DNA of 63,159 bases, the filler included, from Octopus bimaculoides (Eukaryota): assembly GCF_001194135.2 (NCBI RefSeq). It is 7 parts of 7 records of this genome, joined end to end, with 100 filler letters (N's around TTAATTAATTAA, not from the genome) between each part and the next. Parts side by side here need not be neighbours in the genome. Positions count along the whole stretch, not along the records: positions 1 to 11,103 come from NC_069004.1; positions 11,204 to 33,675 come from NC_068987.1; 5 more parts are not named here. One strand, written 5' to 3'. The notes below the pieces were generated by a model that saw only the letters and a list, made by a program, of their open reading frames with translations, searched no databases and had not been told where the DNA came from. The first letter of the stretch is position 1. Every line of letters starts with the position of its first letter. The position numbers were made by a program, and so were the translations under genes. Below, in pieces: positions 1 to 11,511 of this stretch.

Positions 1-276
1 AGCTCCACGAGGCTCCGGCAGGGGATGGTGGCGAACCCTGCTGTACTCTTCCACCACAACTTTCTCTCACTCTTACTTCCTGTTTCTGTTGTGCCTGTAA
101 TTCAAAGGGTCAGCTTTGTTACACTGTGTCACGCTGAATGTCCCCGAGAACTACGTTAAGGGTACACGTGTCTGTGGAGTGCTCAGTCACTTGCACGTTA
201 ATTTCACGAGCAGGCTGTTCCGTTGATCGGATCAACTGGAACCCTCGACGTCGTAAGCGACGGAGTTCCAACAACA
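1..276 (+). mobile_element. tRNA-derived SINE family A, 3' part
   Basis: Near-identical to 45870-46118 and to the reverse complement of 19386-19640; ends ...cgacggagttccaacaac. Confidence 0.85.
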
Positions 277-406
277 GTACCCTGGATCTAGTACTCTCAT
301 CCGGTACCCGGTACCAGTACTCGGTACCAAACCTGTCTCACCCTGGATAAGAGGAAAAGCGAGTCAGTAAACGAGCCTCTCCGTGGTTGCATATGTTCAA
401 TCTCTT

Positions 407-570
407 TCTCTCTCCACCTCTCTCTCTCTGTCTTTGTCTCTGTCTGTCTTTGTCTTTGTCTGTCTGTGTTTCTCCCTCACCCTCTCTGTTTCTGCGTCTC
501 TCTCCGTCTGTCTCTCTATCTCTGCCTCTGTCTGTCTGTCTTTACCTCTCTCTCTACCCCTCTCTCTTTT
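407..570. repeat. (CT)n/(CTGT)n microsatellite
   Basis: Direct reading. Confidence 0.9.
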
Positions 571-623
571 ACATATCACAGGCTTTAAAAACTTTCTAGT
601 TTTGGCACACGGCCAGCAATTTT

Positions 624-712
624 GATGTCAGGGGTCAAGTACCGGGGCCGATTACATCAACCCCAGTACTTAACTGGTACATATTCTGTCCACCCCGAGA
701 GGATGAAAGGCA
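624..712 (-). mobile_element. SINE family B fragment
   Basis: Contains the family B core ...accccgagaggatgaaaggcaaa (reverse complement of tttgcctttcatcct..ggggt). Confidence 0.65.
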
Positions 713-805
713 AAAGCCCGGATCACTCTGCCACCCCACAAGGGATAGCAAAGTGCCCTCTTCCAGTTTCTTTCCTTCTGCTTAGAGAAACAACAATAAC
801 AATAA

Positions 806-1020
806 TCCTTTCTACTATAGCTAAGGCCTAAAATTTGGGTGGGAGGGGTTAAGTCGATTATATGGCCCCTTTGTACTCCGCTGGTACTTTATTTTATCGA
901 CCCTGTAAGGATGAAAGGCAAAGTTTGACCTCGATCAGATTTGAACATAAATAGCCAGAAAAACTACCAGAAAACATTCTTTTCCAATGCTCTAAAGGAT
1001 TTGCCAACCCACTGCTTCTA
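806..1020 (-). mobile_element. tRNA-derived SINE family B (Nin/Deu-like central domain)
   Basis: Matches the other B copies (tttgcctttcatcc..gggtcgataaaataaagtacc; tail ..ccttagctatagtagaaaggattatt). The Nin/Deu assignment is from recalled similarity only. Confidence 0.75.
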
Positions 1021-1034
1021 ACCTGATGTGATGC

Positions 1035-1035
<1 letters not shown>

Positions 1036-1102
<67 letters not shown>
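1036..1102. repeat. (AAT)n(GAT)n microsatellite
   Basis: Direct reading. Confidence 0.9.
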
Positions 1103-1103
<1 letters not shown>

Positions 1104-1300
1104 ATCTGCCGTTTTTCCATATTGATGATGATAGTGTGTCCAGCGTCGAAGGTCATCACCAAGAGGCATACACCTTAATGCAGCATAAAAAACACTCCAC
1201 AACTCTAATTACACACCAGAAATAATTAACTTGGATAAAAGCCAGAGACAGGCTCAGTGAGTAATTGGTACTTAGTTTATCGACCCCGAAAGGATGAAAG

Positions 1301-1668
1301 GCCACCACCACAACCACCATCGCCGCCACCGCCGCCACCGCCGCCACCACAACCACCACCACCACCACCACCGCCGCCGCCGCTGCCACTATCACCACCA
1401 CAACCACCGTCGCTACCACCAGCACCCCCTCCACCATCAGNNNNNNNNNNNNNNNNNNNNNNNNNNNNNNNNNNNNNNNNNNNNNNNNNNNNNNNNNNNN
1501 NNNNNNNNNNNNNNNNNNNNNNNNNNNNNNNNNNNNNNNNNNNNNNNNNNNNNNNNNNCATCAGAATCACCAGATGCACCTCCTAATGCCAATAAGAACC
1601 ACCACCATCAACACCACCACCATCAACACCACCACCACCACCACCACCACCACCAACACCACCTAACG
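1301..1668. repeat. (CCA/CCG/CAC)n GC-rich triplet repeat spanning a gap
   Basis: Direct reading; it explains the poly-P/H/G ORFs. Confidence 0.85.
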
Positions 1669-2288
1669 CCAATAAATACAGTACCAGCGGTAGGTTCGGC
1701 CATAAAAAAAGGACAAGTCACCCCGGGGCCAATCAACAGCCAACAAAAGTCCATATTCTTAAGATTTTTTTTTGAAACACGAAGATAAATGTCGGAAATT
1801 CTAGCAGCGGGAAGTTTAATCCTCAGCGATTCCTTAAATTTTCTTTTTCTTAACATATATTTATTTTTTCTATTTTTTATGTATTTTCAACTTTCATTTA
1901 ACTTTCTCGGAGTTAATTCTTCGCAGCTTTTAAAATATTTACGTATTTCGAAAAATCTTTTAAAGAAATGTCTTGGCTATTAAGAACTAAATTAAATAAA
2001 ACACTTGGACGCTTTTGACGGAAATTCGTAGTCATATTAGTTGTAATGGTTGCTGGCAGATGGCGCTGGTGATAGTGGTACTATAAGAATTGTTGTTGAT
2101 GTTGTTGTAACTGCAGCGGTTTATTTCAGTGATTTGCTGTTTGTGCTATTAAATATTTTCTTAATAAAACTGAGTTTTGTTTTTTTGTGTTTTGTTGCTA
2201 TCACGCTTCTTCTTTCCGTTTTACTTGGTCTTGGTATTCGCTTCTTTTTTCTAAAAGCACTTTCTAATTCTGCCATTGTATTTTGATC

Positions 2289-2687
2289 GTCATTAGACTG
2301 TGGCCATGCTGGAGCACCACTTTGAACAATTTGTAGTCGAATGAATCAACTTCAGTACTTATTCTTTTTTAAAGCCTGGTACTTATTCTATCAATCTCCA
2401 TTGCCGGACCGCTAGGTTACGGAGACGTAAAAACACCAACACCGGTTGTCAAGCGGCGGTGGGGGATAAAAACAGACACATAGATATACGTACGCACACG
2501 CACAAGCACATACATATATACATATATACAACGGGTTTCTTTCAGTTTCCGTCTACCAAATCCACTCATAAGGCTTTGGTCGACCCGAAGCTATAGTAGA
2601 AGACACACGCCCAATGAGCCACGCAGTGGGACTGAACCTTGGACCATGTGGTTGGGAAGCAAGCTTCTTTCCACACCGCCACGCCTT
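2289..2687 (-). mobile_element. CORE-like tRNA SINE family C with internal (TA/TG)n
   Basis: Head ..gtgtggaaagaagcttgcttcccaaccacatggtcc..ggttcagtcccactgcgtgg; central ttctactatagcttcgggtcgaccaaagcc; tail ..gtgctccagcatggccacagtc. Confidence 0.8.
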
Positions 2688-2720
2688 ACATACATACTAA
2701 ATATATAATGCATTTATATG

Positions 2721-3122
2721 ATATTCTTTTCTACTCTAGGTACAAGGCCCGAAATTTCGGAGGAGGAGGGGCAGTCGACTAGATCGACCCCAGTACACAA
2801 CTGGTACTTAATTTATCGAGCCCGAAAGGATGAAAGGCAAAGTCGACCTCGACGGAATTTGAACTCAGAACGTAAAGACAGACGAAATACCTATTTCTTT
2901 ACTGCCCACAAGGGGCTACACACAGAGGGGACAAACAAGGACAGACAAACGGATTAGATCGATTATATCGACCCCAGTGCGTAACTGGTACTTAATTTAT
3001 CGACCCCGAAAGGATGAATGGCAAGGTCGACCTTGGCGGAATTTGAACTCAGAACGTTACGGCAGACGAAATACCGCTAAGCATTTCGCCTGGCGGGGTA
3101 ACGTTTCTGCCAGCTCGCTGCC
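2721..3122 (-). mobile_element. Dimeric SINE family B (tail-A monomer fused to a tail-B monomer)
   Basis: Two tandem B cores; junction ..gcagtaaagaaata|ggtatttcgtctg. Confidence 0.85.
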
Positions 3123-3206
3123 TTGATATTACAAATATAATAAATATATATTTTGCAAATATAATACATATATGTTACATGTATAATGCACGTGTTATAC
3201 AAAAAC

Positions 3207-3333
3207 ACCCGGTGGACTGTGGCAGTTTGTAAAATAGAAATAAAATGCAAAACTTTATTCTTTCTGTGCGGTCCAGTACCAAATGATGCACGGCGCGGCA
3301 TTGGTCCGCAGCCCGGTGGTTGGCAGACCCCTG
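3207..3333. mobile_element. hAT-Charlie (MER1-like) element end
   Basis: Reverse complement reads CAGGGGTCTGCCAACCACCGGGCTGCGGACC..., resembling Charlie/MER1 termini; followed by gtttaaag. The other end is not clear. Confidence 0.55.
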
Positions 3334-5072
3334 GTTTAAAGGACATTTCACATTTCTATTACTGGCAGGGTCGAGAGATCAGTCATGTGACTCCATCGTT
3401 GACTTGTCAGACTTGTGGTAGCGACAGAAGACATCTTAATTGTTCATTCAAGATTGTGTAACTACAAATAGCCGTCTGGAAAATGATTACAGATTACAAA
3501 TAACATATTCACGGAATCAACGAAATCACAGCGACCACAACAACAGCAAATACATAAGGTTTGTATATGAATTAACTATAATTAACTAATTAATTATTCA
3601 TGTAATCAACTAAACTCTTGCTACTGTTAACGAGGGACTTGTGATGTGATTGATGACAATATTGTATGATCTGTTTTTGTAGAAACTATTCAATTGCTAT
3701 TATTACGATGTTTTTCTTATTCAAAACGTCTTCTTACGATAGCCTTCCCGTTCATTTATTCAGAAAAGATATGTAAATGGACGCATACACGCATACACCT
3801 ATGCACGCGTGCAAGCATACACATACACGCATGCACAGATGCATGCACACACATATACAGACACGAATTTACACATACACATACACACACACACAGACAT
3901 CATTATGTATGAATGTATGCATATGCAAATCTATTATACATGCATACACACCTCACATGTATGTGTAAGTAGTTTATACTTAAAACGTTTATGGGTATGT
4001 ATGTCTACATACATACATATATACTTACACACAAACATATATATATATATATATATATATACAAATATATATATATGCAGACACACACGTATATACATGT
4101 GTATATATGTATATATNNNNNNNNNNNNNNNNNNNNNNNNNNNNNNNNNNNNNNNNNNNNNNNNNNNNNNNNNNNNNNNNNNNNNNNNNNNNNNNNNNNN
4201 NNNNNNNNNNNNNNNNNNNNNNNNNNNNNNNNNNNNNNNNNNNNNNNNNNNNNNNNNNNNNNNNNNNNNNNNNNNNNNNNNNNNNNNNNNNNNNNNNNNN
4301 NNNNNNNNNNNNNNNNNNNNNNNNNNNNNNNNNNNNNNNNNNNNNNNNNNNNNNNNNNNNNNNNNNNNNNNNNNNNNNNNNNNNNNNNNNNNNNNNNNNN
4401 NNNNNNNNNNNNNNNNNNNNNNNNNNNNNNNNNNNNNNNNNNNNNNNNNNNNNNNNNNNNNNNNNNNNNNNNNNNNNNNNNNNNNNNNNNNNNNNNNNNN
4501 NNNNNNNNNNNNNNNNNNNNNNNNNNNNNNNNNNNNNNNNNNNNNNNNNNNNNNNNNNNNNNNNNNNNNNNNNNNNNNNNNNNNNNNNNNNNNNNNNNNN
4601 NNNNNNNNNNNNNNNNNNNNNNNNNNNNNNNNNNNNNNNNNNNNNNNNNNNNNNNNNNNNNNNNNNNNNNNNNNTATATATATATATATATATATATATC
4701 CACCCTCATGTTCTCTCTGTCTGTCTGTCTCTCTCTCACACATACACTTATATATGTAGTCGGATAAGCAAAACCGGAGTATATAAATTACTCATGAGAC
4801 GAAATCCAGGAACCACTTCGGGTAATTGGTTGTGTCACTTCAATTCTATATGCCTCAATTCAGTTATTTATGGAGGATAATCACATAACATATAAGCTAA
4901 AAGAATGACCATTGAAGGGTGCATTTGATCGAGAAATATCTCGAAAGTTCTCACAGCTGCACTATTGTAAGGATTCATTCAGAATCTACCGTTTGATACA
5001 ACCTTCTTTTTATAAACAAGAAAGACAATACGAATGAACGCTGTTAAAGAGCCTTCATCTATGAATGTAGAT

Positions 5073-5432
5073 CAGTGGTTCTTAACCATTCTTTGCCCAT
5101 TGACCCCTTTGAGTCCCAAAACCAATTGGTGTTTAAAATCTATTTTTATTGATGCTTTTTTCAAAATTCCTATTTTTGCCACTCGTTCACACGTGAGGGC
5201 TTGCAATTGACATTGTCAAAGAGAACACGTTTCAATGCCCCGAAACATGTTGAATTACGTAAAATTTTAGAGAGAGAAATCTCTAAAATTCTTGTAATAC
5301 ATAAGTACGTCCAGGGCAAACCTTTTCATGGGCATTTAAAATATTACTGTAGATCCCCACTTTACTATTTGCTTGCGTGGACCCTCCAAAATTTTATATC
5401 GACCCCAGGGGTCATACGGCTGGGAATCACTG
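5073..5432. mobile_element. hAT-Charlie MITE (~360 bp)
   Basis: TIRs cagtggttcttaacc / ggctgggaatcactg; imperfect 8-bp TSD atgtagat (5065-5072) / gtgtagaa (5433-5440). Confidence 0.75.
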
Positions 5433-5608
5433 GTGTAGAATAGTTAGCTAATGTGTGAACTACGCTCACACCGTTATATGTAGAAATTGTGATGATATTT
5501 GGTTGACAACTGATGAGGGACTAAGCATATCTGCATCCATTGTGTGTGTGTGTTCCTTTTCTCTTCCTTTTCCGCATATTCCTTTGTCGTCCCCCTGTGC
5601 CAAAATAT

Positions 5609-5975
5609 AGGCGCGGGAGTAGCTGTGTGGTGAGAGGTTTGCTTCCTAACCACATGATTCTGGGTTCAGTCTTACTACGCGGTATCTGGGGAAAGCATCA
5701 TCTACTATAGCCCCAGGCCGAACAAAGCTTTGTGAATGGATTTGGTGGACGTTAACTGAAAGAATCCTTCATGTGTGTGTGTGTGCCTATGTACACATGC
5801 ATACGCGTGTGTACATACACCTGTGTGTACATACGCGTGTGTGCGTATGTATACATGTGTGTGTTTGTTCCCAACAACCGCTTGACAACCGGTGTTGGTT
5901 TGTTTACGTCTTCTTAACATTAGCGGTTCTGCAAAAGAAACCGAGAGAATGAGTACCAGATTTAAAAACAATGAG
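5609..5975 (+). mobile_element. CORE-like SINE family C, full length
   Basis: Head aggcgcgggagtagctgtgtgg, core ttctactatagccccaggccg, internal (TG)n, tail ttagcggttctgcaaaagaaaccg. Confidence 0.8.
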
Positions 5976-6109
5976 TATTAGAGTCGAATGCGTACGAGAA
6001 AAAAAAAAGAGAGAAAGAGAGGGCGAGAAAGAAAGTACGTACGAGAGAAAGAGTATGAGAGAGAGAGAGAGAGATAAGTGCGTACGAGAGAAAGAGTAAA
6101 AGAGAGTAG

Positions 6110-6274
6110 GGAGAGTGTGGACTGTACCAACAAATGGCCAATTTTATATTTATAGCTGAGCAGAATGATCAATGTGGAATGAAATCTTTGATCAAGGACA
6201 CGACGCGACTCATGGTACAGGAATCGAACCCACGACCTTATGCTCATGAGCCCAACACCCTAACCACTAAGCCA

Positions 6275-6278
<4 letters not shown>
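6110..6278 (-). mobile_element. tRNA-derived SINE family D (head + central domain)
   Basis: Reverse complement has A box tggcttagtgg, B box gggttcgattcc, then gtcgtgtccttgatcaaag; related to 23660-23795 and 51700-51845. Confidence 0.65.
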
Positions 6279-6347
<69 letters not shown>

Positions 6348-7084
6348 TTTAAATCTAGGATGCCGCCTGGGTCCAGAATTTGAAACCCCGATTTTTGGAT
6401 AATGAGTCGAACACCCCAACCGCTTATCTACATGCCTTCGACCCTATTCATAATAAGAACAACTTTTCTCATTAGCTTCATCATCCCCATATCATTATCA
6501 GAAAAATAATACTGTTTCTAATCCCACGAGGCCTATGTACCCAATATGGCTGCAGTCCAATCACTGGAGCAATTGAACGAATAACACATTATCTCAAGGG
6601 TGACGTAATTGTTTCAAAAACCCAAAATGGTCTGACACTGTGAATGTCTATTCTATTAGGATGTTAGCTTAACCACCCGCATTGTCAGCTAATGTATTTT
6701 AAACCAGCAGATCTACCCGTCTAACTTCTCCGTAACTATAGCTCTGAGCCCAAAACAGCCATTAAGACGGCGAGAATCCATCTTGTCGTGCCGAACGGAA
6801 CACATCTGAGAGTTTCCGGTGTCCGGAAGTTAAAGATGTACGTCTGTTTATTCGTGGCAAACATACCAGTAACTCCACCGAGCTTACTGTTAACTCCCTT
6901 ATTATCTTCATTACCAACGCCGACGAGAAACGTCATCACGCAAAGGTAGTCTCTACTACCAGCACCGCCGCCACCATTCAGTTGTAACACAATGACCGCC
7001 AACACCACCCGGAAATTTTACGATTTGATCGTCTTCAAATGTTATGTTTGTGTGTTTGAAGGCATAAAAGTTTGTAATGAGTGC

Positions 7085-7312
7085 GTATGTACGCATCTCT
7101 GTACTTAGATATGTACGTACGTACGTATGTATGTATGTATGTATGTATGTATATATGCATGTATGTTTGTTTGTAAGTATGTATGCATGTATGTATGCAT
7201 GTATGTATGTATGTATGTATGTATATATGCATGTATGTTTGTTTGTAAGTATGTATGCATGTATGTATGCATGTATGTATGTATGTATGTATGTATGTAT
7301 GTATGTATGCAT
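7085..7312. repeat. (TATG)n compound microsatellite running into a gap
   Basis: Direct reading. Confidence 0.9.
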
Positions 7313-8087
7313 NNNNNNNNNNNNNNNNNNNNNNNNNNNNNNNNNNNNNNNNNNNNNNNNNNNNNNNNNNNNNNNNNNNNNNNNNNNNNNNNNNNNNNNN
7401 NNNNNNNNNNNNNNNNNNNNNNNNNNNNNNNNNNNNNNNNNNNNNNNNNNNNNNNNNNNNNNNNNNNNNNNNNNNNNNNNNNNNNNNNNNNNNNNNNNNN
7501 NNNNNNNNNNNNNNNNNNNNNNNNNNNNNNNNNNNNNNNNNNNNNNNNNNNNNNNNNNNNNNNNNNNNNNNNNNNNNNNNNNNNNNNNNNNNNNNNNNNN
7601 NNNNNNNNNNNNNNNNNNNNNNNNNNNNNNNNNNNNNNNNNNNNNNNNNNNNNNNNNNNNNNNNNNNNNNNNNNNNNNNNNNNNNNNNNNNNNNNNNNNN
7701 NNNNNNNNNNNNNNNNNNNNNNNNNNNNNNNNNNNNNNNNNNNNNNNNNNNNNNNNNNNNNNNNNNNNNNNNNNNNNNNNNNNNNNNNNNNNNNNNNNNN
7801 NNNNNNNNNNNNNNNNNNNNNNNNNNNNNNNNNNNNNNNNNNNNNNNNNNNNNNNNNNNNNNNNNNNNNNNNNNNNNNNNNNNNNNNNNNNNNNNNNNNN
7901 NNNNNNNNNNNNNNNNNNNNNNNNNNNNNNNNNNNNNNNNNNNNNNNNNNNNNNNNNNNNNNNNNNNNNNNNNNNNNNNNNNNNNNNNNNNNNNNNNNNN
8001 NNNNNNNNNNNNNNNNNNNNNNNNNNNNNNNNNNNNNNNNNNNNNNNNNNNNNNNNNNNNNNNNNNNNNNNNNNNNNNNNNNNNNNN

Positions 8088-8133
<46 letters not shown>

Positions 8134-8371
8134 CACACGCAAATATACATATATATATCCGTTATACAAGTCAATGACTCGTTGACACGAGAAGGTGCAA
8201 GACATATTGGTGGACATCGACACGGATGAGTGCCTTTATAGTCGCTATGGAATACACATACACGCACTACACACGCGCACACACGAATACCCACACACAT
8301 ACATTCAATTACACATGCATTTACATGTATGCACACTCTCATTCTCTCTCTGTCTCATGGACACAGAAAGA

Positions 8372-8404
<33 letters not shown>

Positions 8405-8412
8405 GTCACACG

Positions 8413-8434
8413 GAAACTGAAAGAACACCGTCGA

Positions 8435-8473
<39 letters not shown>

Positions 8474-8730
8474 TATATNNNNNNNNNNNNNNNNNNNNNN
8501 NNTATATATATATGTATATGTATGTCTGAGTATATGTTTGTGTTTCTGTGTTTGTCCCCACAGCATCGCTTGACAACCGATGCTGGTGTGTTTACGTCCC
8601 CGAAACTTAGCGGTTCAGCAAAAGAGGCCGATAGAATAAGTACTAGGCTTACCAAGAATAAGTCCTGGGTTCGCTTTGCTCGACTAAAGGCGGTGCTCCA
8701 GCATGCCCGCAGTCAAATGACTGTAAGAAT
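8413..8730 (+). mobile_element. SINE family C, 3' part (gap inside its microsatellite)
   Basis: cggaaactgaaagaa..(TA/CA)n..catcgcttgacaaccgatgctggtgtgtttacgtcccc..gcggtgctccagcatg. Confidence 0.8.
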
Positions 8731-9990
8731 CCAATACAGCTGTAAGAGTTCATTAATTAATTAATTCACTTTACGCTAATGAAATATTCTGAATGACCTG
8801 ATGTACTCGTCCTGCCTTCTGCGGCCATGCTGGAGCACCGCCTTTAGTAGGGCTGCTTTTATGCTCAGTCATAATGAAAAGAATTTTACATTAACCTGAA
8901 CGGTTACGTCACACTTTTGTAGCGTACAAATTTATTATTCTTTAACAAAAATAGTATTGATAGTGAGTTCGAAGTTTCGGCCTGGTAAGCCATCACCCAA
9001 CGATGGCTTAGCCTCTCAGACTTCAGACACACTATCAATACTATTCTTGTTAGAGAATAATATATATAAATATAAATGAGTAACAGTAGAGGTACAGGTG
9101 TCAAGCCATTACGGCCGTTTCGAATGACACCTTTAATTGAATAATAAAAACATTACACCACTTAGCTTTCTTTTTTCCTCTTTATCCTTCATTCCCTATC
9201 CCTCCCCTCCTAATCACTGCCCTCTGCGTTGTGTGTGTGTGTGTGTGTGTGTGCGTGTGTGTGTGTGTATTTAGATAGACAGACAGACAGATAAATAGAT
9301 TGATAGATAGATAATTAGATGGGTAGCTAGCTAGCTAGATGGAGAGATAGATAAATTGATAGATAAATATCAGCGATAAAAATCCAGTGAAATCCGTAAA
9401 AGTAGAGTCAGTAGATCCAGTGGCAATCTGGGTGGAGTGCTGGTATGCAGATGAGGAGAGGTGTTGGAAGTTCGTGAAGTGGTTCAGAAATGCAAGTCCA
9501 AAGAGCAGGAAGTTCAGGTAGGATCAACCTGGAGTAACCCATGCTGGACCGCTGAAATCTACAAGTTTGTTTCATTCTCTCTCTGTTTATTTTCTCTTAT
9601 TCCTTTCTGTTTAAGAGCGTAGGTTCGAAACGTAAAATACTTTTTCATCTCCCTGAACGTCAAACTAAAACACTTGCTTGTTGTTCATACACCTGTCTTC
9701 ATCTTTTGTTTTTCTATAAATGTCAACTAGATAGACAGATAAATAGACAAATAGATAATAGATATATAGATGTATAGATAGATATATAGATAGATAAATA
9801 GATAAATGGAAGGCTGTATGAACCGCTAGATATTTCGATAAATAGATATACAGATAGACAGATAGTTAGATGGATAAATGGTTAAATAAATTAATAGATA
9901 GATTGAAAGAGATAGAGAAATATGGATAAAGAAAGAAGAAATGAGTGAGAGTGTGCACGCGGAAGAGAGAGAAAGAAAGAGATAGAGATT

Positions 9991-10026
<36 letters not shown>

Positions 10027-10873
10027 GGAGAGAGAGAGAGAGAGGGGGAGAGGTAAAGGGTGAGAGAGAAGAAGAGAAACGATGAAATGGAGAATGTGAA
10101 GAGCCAAATGCGCGATTCACAAACCAGGTGTGAACGACATGTAGTGCTGCTAATGGTGTCATTATGTACTTCCGGTGTGTAAATTCCGGTCGGAACTGAA
10201 TGAGTGCGCATGTGTGTCACACACATTATGAAGGGCCAGGCTTGATTGGCGGCGGCATTATTTGCTCGGACATTGTGTTAGATNNNNNNNNNNNNNNNNN
10301 NNNNNNNNNNNNNNNNNNNNNNNNNNNNNNNNNNNNNNNNNNNNNNNNNNNNNNNNNNNNNNNNNNNNNNNNNNNNNNNNNNNNNNNNNNNNNNNNNNNN
10401 NNNNNNNNNNNNNNNNNNNNNNNNNNNNNNNNNNNNNNNNNNNNNNNNNNNNNNNNNNNNNNNNNNNNNNNNNNNNNNNNNNNNNNNNNNNNNNNNNNNN
10501 NNNNNNNNNNNNNNNNNNNNNNNNNNNNNNNNNNNNNNNNNNNNNNNNNNNNNNNNNNNNNNNNNNNNNNNNNNNNNNNNNNNNNNNNNNNNNNNNNNNN
10601 NNNNNNNNNNNNNNNNNNNNNNNNNNNNNNNNNNNNNNNNNNNNNNNNNNNNNNNNNNNNNNNNNNNNNNNNNNNNNNNNNNNNNNNNNNNNNNNNNNNN
10701 NNNNNNNNNNNNNNNNNNNNNNNNNNNNNNNNNNNNNNNNNNNNNNNNNNNNNNNNNNNNNNNNNNNNNNNNNNNNNNNNNNNNNNNNNNNNNNNNNNNN
10801 NNNNNNNNNNNNNNNNNNNNNNNNNNNNNNNNNNNNNNNNNNNNNNNNNNNNNNNNNNNNNNNNNNNNNNNNN

Positions 10874-10906
<33 letters not shown>

Positions 10907-11262
10907 TGAATACATACACACACATACACGCACACACATATGTCTGTATCTATCTATCTGTCTGTCTGTCTGCCTGTCTGCTTGTCTGCCTATCTGTATC
11001 TCTCTATCTATCTAATCTACGCACACACACACACATAAACATATATACATATATATGTGTTTGTAGGTATATATATATATATCTGTGTGCATATATATAT
11101 ATANNNNNNNNNNNNNNNNNNNNNNNNNNNNNNNNNNNNNNNNNNNNTTAATTAATTAANNNNNNNNNNNNNNNNNNNNNNNNNNNNNNNNNNNNNNNNN
11201 NNNTATATATATGTATGTATGTATATGCATGTATATTTATATATATATGTGTGTGTGTATGT

Positions 11263-11300
<38 letters not shown>

Positions 11301-11475
11301 ATATGTGTGTGTGTGTAATCGTGCGTGTGTATATGTATATATGTACATATACGTACATATGTCTATATATACATGTATATATTTATGCGTAATATGTGTA
11401 TATGTATAGACCTACACGCACACACTAACACACGCACACACACGCACGCACACACACATACACACACATACACAC

Positions 11476-11511
<36 letters not shown>

